Source of the DNA: Cenococcum geophilum
Taxonomy: Eukaryota
Assembly (NCBI GenBank): GCA_050273025.1
Contig: CP158635.1
Location: 28,644,001-28,708,000 of the forward strand
DNA: 64,000 bases
Direction of reading: 5' to 3'
The position numbers and the translations under genes were made by a program. The notes below the pieces were generated by a model. It had not been told where the DNA came from. It searched no databases and worked only from the letters and a program-made list of their open reading frames with translations. Shown here one piece after another: positions 47,778-62,001 of this stretch. How positions within the stretch are numbered: position 1 is the stretch's first letter; every line of letters begins with the position of its first letter.

Positions 47778-50700
47778 TCACCCATTCCCATGACTCCTCA
47801 GCTTCCGTCCTCCACCCTGCCCAACGCTCGCACTGAAATTCATTGAGACAGGAAGGTTTTCTCTATCTCCGACGCTCAGCCCAACTCCAGCAACAGTCAT
47901 TCGCGCTCCTTTCTTCATTGGCAATTTGCTCTCCGCCGAATATGACCCTCCATGACTGCTCCCATTGGTGTTTTGCTTTTTCAGTGGAGGCATGGCCGTT
48001 GATACATTTTCAGTGGGTGTGGTAGAGGCCGCGTCTTGCGCAACAACGTTAACGTCTAATTCCCGAAGTGAACTAATTGTCGAGCCCACTGTGGCTGAGC
48101 TCGTCGAACTTGTAGGACGGACGTTCGATGCAGTAGTTGATGCGCCGAATGCAGGCTCTTCCGTATGCGCATCATTGAATACCATTCCTTTACTCGGACT
48201 GCGTGTTGGATCGGAGGAAGAATCTGAGCGCCCACGGAGTCGAGAGATGAGGAGTTCGTGACCTTCGGTTCGTGGGAGGTTGGAAGGATAGGCGTAGTTT
48301 GTGCGCGTAGGTGTCTTGCCTGTTGGAATATATTCGAGCAGGGTTTGGCTTTCGATTTCATCTCTCAGTTCCTTGAGCAGTGCACGGATTTCGGCGTCGG
48401 AGGCAAGCGTTGGGAGTGTGCCTCTGAGAGCGGCTGTTTCAGCAGTCATGTCGGAATCGAGTGCTTCTACGCGTGCGAAAGAGGTTGAGAGATGATCACC
48501 GATGCTGGAATAAGAGGATTGCACAGTCGAGGAGAGAGATCCAAGAGAAGAGGTGTGAGCCGCATGATGGGCGTTATTCTGGTCACGGACACGAGACACG
48601 ATTTCATCCAGGGAATGGAGCTGTGTATCCATGTGGGACATCTGGGCTGCCACAATACTAACGGTGCTATCATGGACTGAAGTAGTAGTTGTATGGAGGG
48701 AAGTCATGTGAGTATTGGCGCTCTACAATAAGAATATTAGTTGGGTCTGAAGAGACATGTGGGGAAGCTTACGGCGAAGTCTGCCTTAATCTTGGTCTTA
48801 ACGCTGTCTCTTGAGCTAACAACACTGCTGACTAGCTCTTTCGATTTCTTAGACCAATTGTCCATGTCTTGATTATAAGCATCATGAACGGTGTTGTACG
48901 CCGCATGCGCAGAATCGATGCCTTCGCTCACACCGATAATCTTGCTCGTCATCCTGCTTTCCTGAGCTTCTGCCGTGGAATTGACCAGAGAGGTGATCTG
49001 CGTAAGGAGATGTTGTCGTTCTTCCGCAGCCTTTAGTTTTTCCTCATTTATGACTTGAGTTAACTTGTTTTGCGCAGTGCTGTTAGCCGCAAGCAGAGCC
49101 ATATCGGCCTGAACAATTTGATGACGAAGCTGATTGGCCTCAGCCTGCTGTTCGTTAAGATGTTTTACAAGATCGTCAAATGTGCTCTTGAAGTCTCGCC
49201 CTAGAGAAGCATAGGACGAATGCAACTACAGTTGGTTAGCAAATAGTCTCATAAATCTTCCCAGTGATTATCAATCCCACCTGAGTATGGAAAGCCTCCA
49301 GCTCGGTGACAATGCCGGCTGATATCCTTTGCGCAGCGACGGATAAATCATTTAAGCCAGCCCCAACCTTCTGTTTGACGTCTTCCCGTAGTGTCTTAAT
49401 CTCTTCCAGCACTTCATTCATGTCATCCCTTGCTTTCGCGGTTTGCTCATTCACTTCCATTTCCGATAACTCAAAAGACTTCATCTTCTCTTCGAGGAAC
49501 GCTTGAGACGAACCTAGCTTCTCTAACTCATCATGCACAAAACTTTGCATACGGGACGATAATCTGGTGATAAGTTGTTCTTGCTGGGCCTGGAAGTCCC
49601 CAATGCGGTCCTCTACTACTCGCGTAGTATCCGACACTTGGGATTGCGATGACGTCCAATTTTTGCGGTTCATGGATTGAAGATCAGACTTGCGGCGAAT
49701 CTTGGAATGAAGACCTCCAATATCAGACGTTGTTTTTCCAAGTGTAGCAATCAAATCTTGGCCAATGTTTGCTAAATCCTCCTCAGTCTTTTCGTGCGCT
49801 TTTCGAAGCAATGTTTCTTCCGCTAGATTTTGCCGGGTGTGTGCCAAAACAACCTCAGTCTTTTCTAAGAGACTCTTTGTGCCGTCCAAAACCATCTTTG
49901 TCGTTTCGTTGTCCTTCTTGAGATTGTTGAAGTTGCTTGTCAATGAGAAGAGCTCTTGGACCTTGTTCCGGAGATTAACTTCCATGGTCTCGAGCTTGTC
50001 ACGCTGTTCTTCGCTGAGAATTCTCCTTGATTCACTCTCCGTGGTAATCTCTTCATATGATTCCTGAGTCAGATAGACACCATTCCGCTGCCTCGTTGCA
50101 ATGAGTTCACTCTTTAGCTTCTCGATTTCAGCCGTAAATTCCCGGAGTAATGTTTTCTTAGAGACCATTTGGTTGATCTGTGGTTTGTTGCGAATATTCT
50201 TTGCACGGAAAGCGTAGTCCAATGTGGAAATCGTTTCCTCCAAATTGCTCTTTGCTGGCGATAATGTAGCAATGATGCACGTTTTCGTCCGGCCACCTAA
50301 GGAGTCTTGTAGAAGGCGTGTCAATTTCGATTCTCGGTAGGGGATATGTGATCCGCGCTCAACTAGTGCATTGATAACACGGCCTAGAGTCAATAAACTC
50401 TTGTTAATGAGGCCAGCTTCGGCTGCGCGCTTGTTCTCTGCTCCACTTCGCTGAATATTTTCACTTCCAGCCAGGTCAACAAGATTAAGCTTGCCGGCGC
50501 TTACAATATCCTCCCCAGTCTCTGTTGTTCGCTTTATGTAAACGGTCACAGTGAAAACGGTGTGACTTCGGGAACTGAGATCGTTACATTTTGTGGCCGC
50601 AACTTGGCGTTTGTGACTTCCTTCACGGAGAAGCTGAATTCCTTTCGATGCAGATTTGATATGTGATTCTTCCATGCCTTGTACTAAAGTCGAGCTATGA

Positions 50701-51501
50701 CCCTTTTTGCTGTTGTCATCAAATATCTTCAGCTTCACATTGTCGTCTGCAGACAGTAGATCTCGTAGTTCCTCGTTGTACAGCTCTATGAACGAGCACT
50801 TTACCGAGTTTTCCGACTCCTCGGTGTCGAGCTTGCTAAAGAGTGAGTACAGAACCCGTGGGATGATACCAGCAGCATCTGGTAGAGGAAGGGTATCCGA
50901 TATATCTCCGGACATGGTGTATGTTTTGCCAGTTCCCGTCTGTCCATAGGCAAAAATAGTGCAATTGAAACCAGCAAGTACCTTCAATCCAGGTTAATAT
51001 GCATAGTATACACGAGAAAGCTTTACATACCTCATCAAGAATTGGTACAACAACTTCGTCGAAGATCATGCCTTGGTCGGCCGCAGGAGAAAATACTTTA
51101 TCGAAGTGATAAGTCTTGTTACTTAAGGCGCTGGGGCCCATTGAAAGCTCAACAGAATTCCCCTTAATACCATCCGTAAAAACGACAACACCGCTGTTCT
51201 CGCGCACTTCGCGATCGTTACGGCCTCGGCATCGGACAACAACATTGATATTTGTTTCCTCTCCCCCTTCATTCTCGTAGTCTCGCTCCTTTCTTTTAGT
51301 ACCCCCATGCTGTGAAGTAGGTGAGCGAGCTCGAGAAGCATTCGTGGTGACTGATGCGACTGATTCTGTAGGCGAAATACGGCCGCTCGTAGCAGGTGTC
51401 GCTGATCTGGCGCGCATATTAAGAGGAGGGCGCATGCTGGGAGGGCGCATTGTAGGAACCTTCCTGCCTGGAGGTGGCCCAGCTCGTGGAATGCCGAACA
51501 T
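47778..51501 (-). CDS. bimC: Kinesin-5 (BimC/Cut7/Eg5 family); 4 exons (51501-51031, 50981-49281, 49225-48773, 48722-47778), about 1189 aa
   Basis: NINVVVRCRGRN, FAYGQTGTGKT, SSRSH, LVDLAGSE, HIPYRESKLTRLL, coiled stalk and C-terminal BimC box TGKTPTR. Three phase-0 GT-AG introns. Confidence 0.96.
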
Positions 51502-52058
51502 TATGAATTTGGAAATTCGGGGTGCGCTGTGTGGTTAGCAATGCCGTGGATGTTGGTGGAGTAGCGGACGGCTTGTTTGTTTACTTTCTTAGTGCCAAGC
51601 TTTCCACCAAGTCTTATCGTTATCGGTCATTTAGTTCGTTCCGAGCACCCCAGGCTGCCTACGTATGGCTGGAAGCTCGCCAGACGAACTCCTGCGTTGC
51701 TTCAGTCCTTATTGCAGAGCTTTAAAAGGCTATCTTTACTATACATAATTATCTTACGAGGTGCGTGGGAGTTCCAGGGGAAGGTTGACGCTCTCAAGAC
51801 TCACCCGTTGCCTCCACCCCACCTTATGCTTGCTAAAGTAGACCACTACCTCGTCCAAGGGAGTTTCAAGCTGCATTGGTGTGCCTCAAAATCGGGTGGT
51901 CTTTCTATGGTATCGGGCTCCGATTTTGTTGCGCTGATGCATCCAACCTCCAGTGTCTCACTACTGTCGTCCGCGTGAACAAAGCACGAGGATACATTCC
52001 AAACTGAAGCCTGACAGCGCAGAGTTCAACTTAAGCATTTACGCTTCCGTCCGAGAGA

Positions 52059-53726
52059 ATGGACAACACAGAAAACACCATAATGCAGGTGGTTCCAGGC
52101 CGTTCGATAGGCTTCATAAGTACGCCCAAACCTTCTAGTTAACTCATGTCCTCTTCTGCCATCGTAATTACTAACGTCCAGTTCACACCAGCTCTTGGGT
52201 GTTCTCTCCATGAAATTTTGACCACAATAAAAGCCGAGGTCAAGCTTTACCCAAGATTTCAACTTTACCATGACCAAGACCATCCTATTTCCTCCCCAGT
52301 CCACGTCGTATTACCCGAGAACGGGCTGCGTCTGCAGTTCGATGGTCCCGATCAACGACTCCGCCTCATCGAAGTACGAGACTTTGCGAAAGCGAAACTA
52401 GTCTACAAGGATATTGAAGTATATAAGGCGCCGGAAGGTGTTGCGGAGATGATGGCGGCACCTAATGGACCCAAGTTTAGGCACATTTACGATAAGCTAT
52501 TGGGACCTACGTATGGTGGTGAATACCTTCCCCCGACATTGAACAATGAAAACGCGAAAGGAATATACAACCTCTCGTACCCCGGGATTGCCTTCAACTT
52601 CCCTGTGCAGCATTCCGCATACTCCCCAAAGAAAGACTTCATATCGTTACTGTCGTCGTCAGCTACTGGACTAGCGACATCCATGGCAATATTTAGCGGC
52701 GAATCATGGCAAAAAGCCCGAGGGACATTATTTACTGCAACTCCGCCAAATCCACGAACTCAAAGTCTTGCCGGGAAAGGTAAAGAAAGCGGACCAGATG
52801 AGATAGAGCTCGTCAAGATTCACGGTGAGGGTAGGATAGAACTCATCCGGCGGTCCAGCCCACCATTCTGGATAACACTAAGCGAAACAACTCCTCAGGA
52901 TCTGATCATGGAACTTGGAGCACCGGATTCGACATACAGGAAAAACGACCATCGTCTGTCAATCCACAAGGAGCGCAGGGCTAGTGATGCATCGGATGTT
53001 TCCGGTGGGCTATCGAACGACGCGCACGACGATGGCCTAGATTCCGATAATGAATCGATTGTTGGGACGGACAATGAAGAAGAATGGGAAGACGATGAAG
53101 ATGCGGCAACGGAAGCCAACGATCGCGAAGTTGCCGCCGCGGAGCATTTTTACAACTACTACCACCACGGATTCGACATTCTCATCTCCCAGCCCACGCA
53201 AATCTCTCCCGCCTCGCCTACATCCCAACGCCGCGAGGCAGACGAACACGAAGAGGGAGAACTCAGCGCACAACCACTGAACCATCTCACAGCCACCAAA
53301 ATTATCTTCCACGGAAACATCCCCGGCTCCTACCAATTCAACCGCCATCGTCGGAGTAGATGGACACTCGAGCACGTCCCCTCCGCGCAATACAAAGAGC
53401 CACTCAACTCCGAGATGAGATTCGCCGATATTTCCGGCCGTCTGAAAGAAGTCTTCAAAAGCTACTATGACAGTGAAGAAGAAGAGCGACTCCAGCAACG
53501 TGGTATGGCTCTGAATAGGGGCTGGGGTGACAGCCCTGGGAGTTCTTGCGAACTTCTAGGCGGCTGGGAAGACGGTTCTGCCCCCAAGAAGAAGTTTGCG
53601 AACGCGTCTTCAGTAAATACAGATGCTGGAGACGGTAGTGTGGGGAACGTAGAACTTTTTGGGTTTCCGGGCATGATTTTCGAAGTCCTCAAGAATGGGG
53701 CGGTCAGCTGCTTGACTGTTTATTGA
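52059..53726 (+). CDS. UPF0183-family protein (PHAF1/C16orf70-like); exons 52059-52119 and 52192-53726
   Basis: VVPGRSIGFI-intron-LGCSLHEIL, NGLRLQFDGPDQRLRLIEV, GPTYGG, LSYPGIAF, FYNYYHHGFDIL, HGNIPGSYQFNRHRR. The family was recognised from motifs. Confidence 0.85.
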
Positions 53727-54249
53727 GGGTTGTTGTTTCATGTCTGGTCGTGAAGCGAAATATCGAATGCGTTTCTCAAATAACCGATTATTATTTGCGT
53801 CTAGATTCGGCATTTGGTATGGATGTGGGGATATTTTGGCATTGCTCTGTGGCGTTTTTGAAGGCTTAGTGCTGCATCAAGGTCGGGGTGAAATGATGTT
53901 ATGCGAACTTGAATTTACGCCCATGTCAAGAATCCAGTATTTGCTTCAGGCGTCTGTTATACACCTCAACCATATATAAGTAACTAGACTGTATTATGAT
54001 TCTAGTAGCACTTAAGTAATCTCTGTCAGATATACTTATCTTCTGTCTTGCTTATGGGTTCAACGTTATATTTTGTGGCTCGTAGCTTTGTCCGGAATCA
54101 CCTGGGCAGCAATTAAAGAGGACATTATGTGATACTATTTCCACTTTAATGTCGGCTCCCAGTCAGTTATTTTCTATTCAATGGTAATATCCACCAGCCA
54201 ACTCTAACAGCTCTGGGAAAACCTGCACACGAGATCTCAGTCAGTCCTT

Positions 54250-54790
54250 GTTCATCCTTAAGCTCTTCCGCCAAACTCGAGAGAAGATATACAGAGGACG
54301 GGAGGTATATATTAACTTACGGGTGTTCCAAATCTAGTCACTGGATCCCATCTAGGAGCCGTTGGGAAACCATCCGTGTTACATCCATGAGACGACCCGT
54401 TCACGGTATCGGTAAAGCCTTTAAGTCCTTTGGAATAGATGCAGGGATTAAGGAAGCCAAGCGCAGGCTTTCCAGAGACGATTAGCGCATCGTTAACAAG
54501 AGAGATAATGCCAGATGTTAGGGGACAAAATGCACTGGTTCCACTGATCACGCCTTCGGTGCCGTTCCAGAAATAGGCGAAGTAAAGGCCTTGTGCAGAG
54601 ATGTCGGGATGTGCATGGCCGCCGACGCGAGATAACCATGGAGTTTGAAGAGAGTGATTAGGCCGAGGTGAAGACTTACCCTTGTTATACAAACCATTAT
54701 ATAAACCACCAAGATTCTTGACGTACGCAGTCACCACTTTATCCTAATATTTCGGACGCGTGAAAAAATGACTAAAACCACTGCCACTAA
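54250..54790 (-). pseudogene. C-terminal fragment of a tripeptidyl-peptidase / sedolisin (S53)
   Basis: GSGFSHFFTRPKY*...PDISAQG...ISGTSA...LVNDALIVSGKPALGFLNP...GF..APRWDPVTRFGTP, with two introns, an in-frame stop and no N-terminal part. Confidence 0.8.
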
Positions 54791-54989
54791 CATATAGTCC
54801 ACGGAAGAATCAACCGGCGTATTTTAGTACTGGAAAACGAGATTATATTATTTAGATTAGTAAGATACCGGTGTAAACTTAAGGGGAAAGATAAGCCTTA
54901 GGTTAATCTAAGATACTTAGCGTATTATATATTAGTATAGATTATATATATAGATAACTGGCCGTCGAAATCGGACTCTATACCTATAC

Positions 54990-55185
54990 GTAGTACAAAA
55001 AGTATTGGTCCATAAAACTGCCCAAAGAAATCCCCATAGACCTGTTCGAAATGGAACTTACGAAGGAACAGTAGCGCGTAGAAGCTCAGCCTTGTCAGCC
55101 TGAGCTCGCCGTACCGGTATCTTGCCGACACCTTCGAGTCTTCGATATGCTCGAGATAGGATGTAAAGCGGCAGAAGTGTACCCG
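54990..55185 (-). pseudogene. Fragment of a conserved fungal hypothetical protein (RYxYGELRLTRL motif family)
   Basis: HFCRFTSYLEHIEDSKVSARYRYGELRLTRLSFY...FYGPILFV. Only about 65 codons are present. Confidence 0.55.
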
Positions 55186-55209
55186 GTTCTTTCGCAGAAT
55201 ACCTCGCCT

Positions 55210-56500
55210 TGCCGTCCAAAGCTGCTTCATTAGCAGACGTGACTTTCTAATATACACAAACATCAGAAACAGCACTGGCAAAGAGATTACCTAGAAGATC
55301 CAGCCTTTTCCTTTCCCCGGTGAGAACTCGTCGCCCATGGAGAAAATAGCAGCTATGGTAGACAGTGGTACAAACAGCATCGTCAGATTTGTGATTCTGG
55401 CCAAACTCATCGCGCTCTTGTTCGACAGTTGCGCTTCCCGTATACCGATGAACTGCAAGTAAGACTGTGAAAACATATCCGCCATCGCGATGGCCGTGGC
55501 GCAGGACTCATGGATCGCTCTCCAACCGTCTTGCTCCCATCTCGGGACTGTGACACCAGTGACGACACCGCTATGATCCAGGCCTAACGCAGTCATGTGC
55601 TTCGACCTCCTTGATGAGAACATTCATTCTGAATTTGACGTTGACGATGAATCCAAACAGCTCGTGATGCCAACTGCAGAGCACACCTCCCGCGAAATCC
55701 CGGAGGTAACTTGGAAGCGCCTTAACATAGTCACCAATTGGGGGATCGACAAGTAGCACCGCTTCACATCAAGTACATTATCAGATGGGGTGCTATCAAT
55801 GGGTGGGGGGGGGGGCAACGCTTATCGTCCCACGAGCCGTCAATCCCCATGCTCGTAGTCCAGAATGAAAGGATATGGTAGCTTTTCGGGTAGTCGATCA
55901 ACGGCCCCTTCGGATTATAGCAGTAAACATGGCGATTCACATTAGCATTCCAGGAATATACATTGCTGCCCAGGCTGGATTCTGTGTCAATTTCGATAGG
56001 CTGGTTTGAAGGATACCTTATGAGAAACCCGCCCTCTGAGAATCGGCAAAACGGAGATCGATGGTTGAAGATAGGTGCAGTAGACTCGTCCCAGTGAGCG
56101 CCAAAGAAGCTTGGGAACCAAGAACTTCTATGTGATTCCGTGAGAGATCTTCAGGCAAGAATAATCTTTGTCTCTTGACAACTTTCTGCCTGGAGCATAT
56201 TCCTTTCGAGTACTCGAGAACCGCGGCCCTGCCCATCTCACGTTCCGGCGATGTTTGAACTTGCGAATTACTAACAAATTTCGGAAATAACCGGCATAGC
56301 TGGCGGTTCAATAATTCGAAGTAATTTCTTCGACACTCCTCTCTAGAAAGCCGTACTGCTTCCGTGTCTGTGACTCGGGTGTGATAGCCGCAAGGTAGTT
56401 GCTTCATTTGAGCATCGATGCGGAGAGTGTTTGTCAGTGTAGCCGGAATTTGGAAGCGTACAAAACAGTGGACGGTTTTTATGCCATCTTGTCGACCTGA
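55210..56500 (-). pseudogene. CorA-like transmembrane-domain protein pseudogene
   Basis: SLARITNLTMLFVPLSTIAAIFSMG...WIF*VISLPVLFL two-helix C-terminus with a TGG->TAG stop. Upstream coding pieces lie in several frames. Confidence 0.65.
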
Positions 56501-57224
56501 ATCAGGTTGTCTTGCCACCCGATTCAGTTACCTACCCCTCTCGACTCAGTCACCTACACCAGCTTGACTTGATCACCTACTCCCTATCACCTACCCCCCC
56601 CGCTGGTCCTGCACCGACATCATGTATATATAGTCTCTTTTCCTTCATAGATCAATCAATACACGAGTTCTCCAGATCGACACATCTAGAAGGCTGAAAA
56701 TGATAGCGACAGGATGCTAAGGGAGCGGCGAAAGGGAGTGCCCGCCTTATGTTTGCAGATAGCCGAGTGGCTTGCAAGTTGGCGCTTCCCACCTCAGCCG
56801 TACAACAGAAGAACGCCACAGTGATTCATTTCGTCTTCCTGATCATCGTAGAACACTGCGAAAACGATCATCTGTCGGCCGTCGGAAACTAAGCATGGCT
56901 ATCCTGATACACCGAACCAGCGAGTTCCACGGTCGGCAACCAAGACAGTAAGTCTCGCTAGTACTTAACTAGTATAGCTTTACCAGACCCTTGCTAGTAT
57001 GAGGAGGGGCGATTCGAGACTGGTACCTTTCTACTACCTTTTCTAACGCCCTACTTCTACCCTAAATAACGTATTTTTAAAAATCTAATCGATTATATAA
57101 CTAAAGCTACTGTTTAAGAATATTTATATAAAAACGCCGTAGTATAAAAGTAAGTTATTAAAATTATAGGTAGAAAGAAGTAGAGTGACTTTTTGGCTCG
57201 ACTAGTTCGACTCAAAGCGACGAG

Positions 57225-57460
57225 TTTTGGGTAAAATGCGACCGGCTGCCTATCTAATATTTTATATAATATAGCTACAACGTCGTTATTTAATACAATA
57301 GATAGAGGAGCTAAGGAGCTCCTACCTTGTAGTATTTTTATAATAACTAGGCGTTATAAAAGGGTCGAGATACGGCAGTAAAAAAGGTAATTTTGGTGTA
57401 TTTTGGTGTATTTTGGATAAAATGCGACCGACTGCTCATATCTAATATTTTATATAATAT
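57225..57460. repeat. About 190-bp tandem duplication whose second unit is split by a LINE and resumes at 62002-62140
   Basis: 57225-57272 matches 57411-57460; 57260-57395 matches 62002-62137, differing mostly by transitions. Confidence 0.8.
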
Positions 57461-60400
57461 TATTAATTCTATTTATCGCCCGATTCGGTCCCTTTTTAGG
57501 TCCATGCAGGCTTCTACCTTCTATATATAGGAAAAACCCCCTAGGGGGGAAAACCTAGGTATATCCTTTCAGCTAGTCTTACGCGCTCCGCCTTCGCCTA
57601 GCCTGTGTACCTTTATATAATGTCTGCCTTACGTACTATGCTTCCAAGGTGTCTTAGAAGATCTAGGGGGTAGTAAAAGGGTTTAGTAATTCGCCAGCGT
57701 GCCACCTTTAACTAGGTAGGGGGTGTCCAGTCTCTAAGGGACTAGAAGGGGGTGTATCCTTTAGTGTCCTCCTGCTAGATCTTATTTGCTATCTAGAACT
57801 GCTAAAGGACTCCTTGGCTTATAAGCCATTGTGCTGCTTTATATAGACCCCTACTTATAGAAAGCATTTGGGTAATATTATTTGTGCCTGCTCTAGCGAA
57901 CAACTGGTCTTTTACAGTGCGTTAGTTGCAGAATAGTAGTACATGGCGTACTAACTGTGTAGGCCATCCGCACGTATAGTGTGGCGTAATATTTGGGACA
58001 TAGATGCTTGCTAGCTATGCATTTAGCCCTAGGACCTCTATCCTTAGTAGGAAGGCGGCCGTAGATTCTACCTTCGTCTGTCCTTTGTATAGGGGGAGAG
58101 TTAGTATTATCTATAGGGTGATCTATATAGCTGCCCTCTGTGTTTTTGCCGCCTTCTTCCATTGTTGGTTCCACTTAATATCTACCTATCTTGCGATGCA
58201 TGTAGTAGATCTCCACTTATGCTGGTGGCCTCCTATCCTCTACTACCGTGGTAGTACTCCGCCGGCGTGGCGCCGGGTCTTCGCTTAGTGTTATAGTAGC
58301 TCCTATATTTCCTGTTCTTTCTCTATCGTACGTAGGCGGAGGGCTTCCTGGCTTATAAGCTTGGGCGCATTACCCCTTTGGGGGGCCCTTACTCCTTATA
58401 TACGATTAAGTGTTTAGCATATATCCTTCTCCACTAGGTGGTCTTATACTATAGCTGCTCTTTATATAGCAATTATATCTATATATATGTCTAGTAGAGG
58501 TACTACTACTTCGCGTTCTAGTGCGGTACGTAGTGTCCTCTTATAGGCCCCTGTAATTCTACGTAGGTATTAGTTTTATAGTTTAACTAGTGGCTCTAGG
58601 GAGCTTTTTGCTAGTAGCTTGCCTTTTAGGTCTACGCCCCAGATCTAGGCGCCGTATAGCATTATTAGCCTTACTATAGCTATATATAGTAGTTATATGC
58701 GTCTAAATAAGGGTCCCTAGGTTAAGGCTGCGATACGCAATATTGCTACAAATGCTGCTGCTCCCCTATAAGTCGCTTGTGTAATATACGCATTCTAGTT
58801 TAGTCTAGCGTCCACCCATACCCCTAGGACCTTAAGGGTGGCTTCTAGTTTTGCTTCGTAGCCCTAAATGCTTACTATTAACACTAGGTCGTTATTTGCC
58901 CTCCTTTTCCTTATAAAATAGATAAGCTGGTATTTATCTAGTGCAAATTTAGCGCTATGCCGTTTTGCCTATATAACGCACCTATTATGCGCCTAGTTTA
59001 GTCTAGTGCAGTTTTCTACTGCTATGTTTCCCTATATAATTAGGTTTATATTATCTATAAATCCTAAGGCTACTATTTCCTAGTTGCTCTTAAATATCTC
59101 TAGTAGCTTAGATATAAAGAATAAGAATAGGATTGGCGATAGGGGCGACCCCTATAGGATACCTATAGGTATTAGTATTAATTCGCTTTTATAGCCCTTA
59201 AATACTATCTTAGTAGTACGCCCTATTAGAAAGGCTTATATAAACTTAACTATCTAGTCTAGTAGACCCTTCTTTCTTAGGATCTATAGGAGTCTCTTAT
59301 ACGATATGTTATTAAAGGCTCTACTTAGGTCTAAGCTGAGTATAGATACTACGCATCCTAGGCGGGCTTGCTACGCCGCCTAAACGCTAGAGGTAATTAG
59401 GGAGAGGGCTAAGAGGGTTAATCGCTTCTTTCTTGCGCCTATTTATGTCTATAGTAGTAGTCCTTACTCCTCTGCGGCGTCTTATATACGCTTTATAACT
59501 ATCTTTTCTAGCAGCTTTCCTAGCATATTTTTAAGGGTAATTGGTTAGTAGCTTCCTAGGAAAGAGTAGTCCTTTTTATTTAGCTTTTTTAAGACGACTA
59601 TAGTTGTTACTTTATAGCAGTCTAGTAGTTTGCCTTCGTATAGGTAGGTAGTTATAGCGTTTGCTAGTAGTATTGCTAAGGCTTCTAACGCAGCCTTAAT
59701 TACCTTATTTGGGATCCTATTTAGTCCTACCGCTTTGCCTATAGGGAGCTTCCGAATAGCTTCTTTTATGTCCTTTATTAAGACTATCTGGCTTATCTCT
59801 AGGGGTAGGGGGTAGTCTTAGTTGCTAGTGTCCTATAAGTCTACTTAGCCTACGCCTGGGAAGAACCTCTCTACTAATATTCTTATTTTTTCCCTATTAT
59901 TATTTATGTACTAGTCGTATACTGTCCAATATAGTGCGGGTAGGTAAGGGTCCCCTAGTGTTTCCCCTGCGGCTTATTTACTCCACTTTAACATTCGCTA
60001 GAGTCCCTAGTTGTGTAGCTTAGTAGGGTCTAAAGTAATTTCCTTAAGGAACCGGCGCTAGCTGTTTCTACTCTCCTTCCGTATTATCTTCTTAAGCCTA
60101 TTCTTTAGGGCTTTATAACTCTATTAGTGGTAAACCTCGCCTATCTTACTATACTGTCGCCTTGCTCTCCTTAAGCCTATAAGTATCTACGCTGCCTCTG
60201 GTAACTATTCGCGCTAAGCGTATTTACTAGGCTGGGCTATTGGGCAGTGCTTATTTAGGTAGTTACTTATAGTCTTCTAGATATCCTCTAGCGTTACCTA
60301 AGGTATTGTTGCTAGCCTATTGGTAATTTCCTAAGTATATTTTTCCTAATTAAGTTTCTAGATGGCGTATCTCTGGCGGGTTTATTACGCTAGTACGTTA

Positions 60401-62001
60401 ACGTTAAGGGTTATCCGTATAGGTATATAGTCTGCAGTTATTGCCTATATATTCTCTAGCCTATAGAAAGCTAGCCAGTCTACTAGTGCTTCGTGTATAA
60501 ATATAAGGTTAATTATACTCTCTTAGGTTCCTCTTTTCCAGGTAGGTTCGCCTATTAGGGTAGTTAGGGCGAGGCCTTGCGTTTCTAGTTCGTTAAGTAG
60601 GTAAGTCGCCTATACTTCTACTATGGCCTACTATCCTCCCCATGCTGTATAGTGTGTATTGAAGTCCCCTAGGACTATTATCTCGCCTTCTACTATATTA
60701 ATTATTTATTAGAGTAGCCCCCACGTAGTTATCTGGGGCCTATTATCGCTTAGGTTATAGATATTAATTATACTAATTTAGCCCCTATTTGTAGCTATTT
60801 GTAGTTTAGCTATATTAGGGCTAATAGTATAATAGCTCTAGGCCTGTGTGTTAATATATTGGCTAATTAGGAAGCATACGCGGGTAAACGGGTTTAGTTT
60901 ATATAGGAGGTAGTATCCTTTTAGTTGGTACGTTTTACGGGTTTATTTATTATACGCTAGCTCCTATAGGGCTATTATCTAGTATTCTTCTAGGTCTAGG
61001 CTGTTAAATAAAGGGCGTGTTGCTCTATAGTTTAAGTGTTTATAGTTGTATTATATTATTGTTAATCCTTTTATAGTTCGTCTGGTGACTTATAGGCGTC
61101 TTCTATTCGTATCTAGGGCGTTTTACTTAGGGCCGCTACAATTGGGATTCTTTATTAGGATAGGTCTCTGGCGGCGTTAATGCTGCCTCGTGGGCGTCCT
61201 ACGGCTCGTTTTACTGCTAGTTAGGCAGAGGCTGCTCCTATTAGGGTAGGTATCCTAGTTCTCTTCCGCTATTCGATTATCCAGCCACCGTTATTTGCCC
61301 TGCTTATCTTCTTCTCCTTATATGCGTTTCCCCGGAGCGTGGCTATAATCTAGTGCAGTTAGGCTTGTCTTGTCCTAGTGGCTTCTAGGTATACCTAGTA
61401 GGTTCTGCATTCCGCCTTCTACCTTACTCTATATTCTTTTCCGTAATTTATGCATCTAACTCCCTTGTCCTTAGGGCAGTCCCTAGTGTCGTGGTTGTCG
61501 GCGCACTCTCCGCACCTTACTTGCTTCCCGCATACGTTCTAGGTATATCCCTATTGTTGGCATCTAAAGCATTATTAGACTTAGACTCCGTAGTGGTATA
61601 GCCGGGCTTCATACCAAAGGCTGTCTATAACTACTCCTTTACGGGCTACTGTTGCCTGCATCTCTTGGGTTGGTAGGTTGATTATTAGGGTGCCGCGCGT
61701 TTTGACCTTTTGGAACCCTGGTGATTCTCCTGTATACGTTGTGCGTTCTTTGTGGAGCCATGCGACTCTAGTTATAGTAATTCCGGGGGCTAGTTTTTTG
61801 GTGGCCTCTGTAATCCTCTGGATAAGCTGTGCATTTATAGCGCCTCGTCCGCTTTCTACTTGTGTACTAAGTGGTACTCCCATTACTTCGACTGGGTAGT
61901 CCTGGCGGAGGATCTTACACTCGGGGGTGTCTCCCTGGGTGATAGTCTGGTCCTTTGCCTGCTGGTTAGGGAGCGTAACCTCTACGTCGCCGCTGCGTAG
62001 G
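57461..62001 (-). mobile_element. 5'-truncated Tad1-like LINE, RIP-degraded
   Basis: 13-bp TSD TTTTATATAATAT (57448-57460, 62002-62014). ORF1 remnant with Cys knuckles about 61400-61575, endonuclease GDFNTHYTAWG about 60638-60670, RT GFIDNI about 59048-59065. ORF1 is cut off at 62001. Confidence 0.92.
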
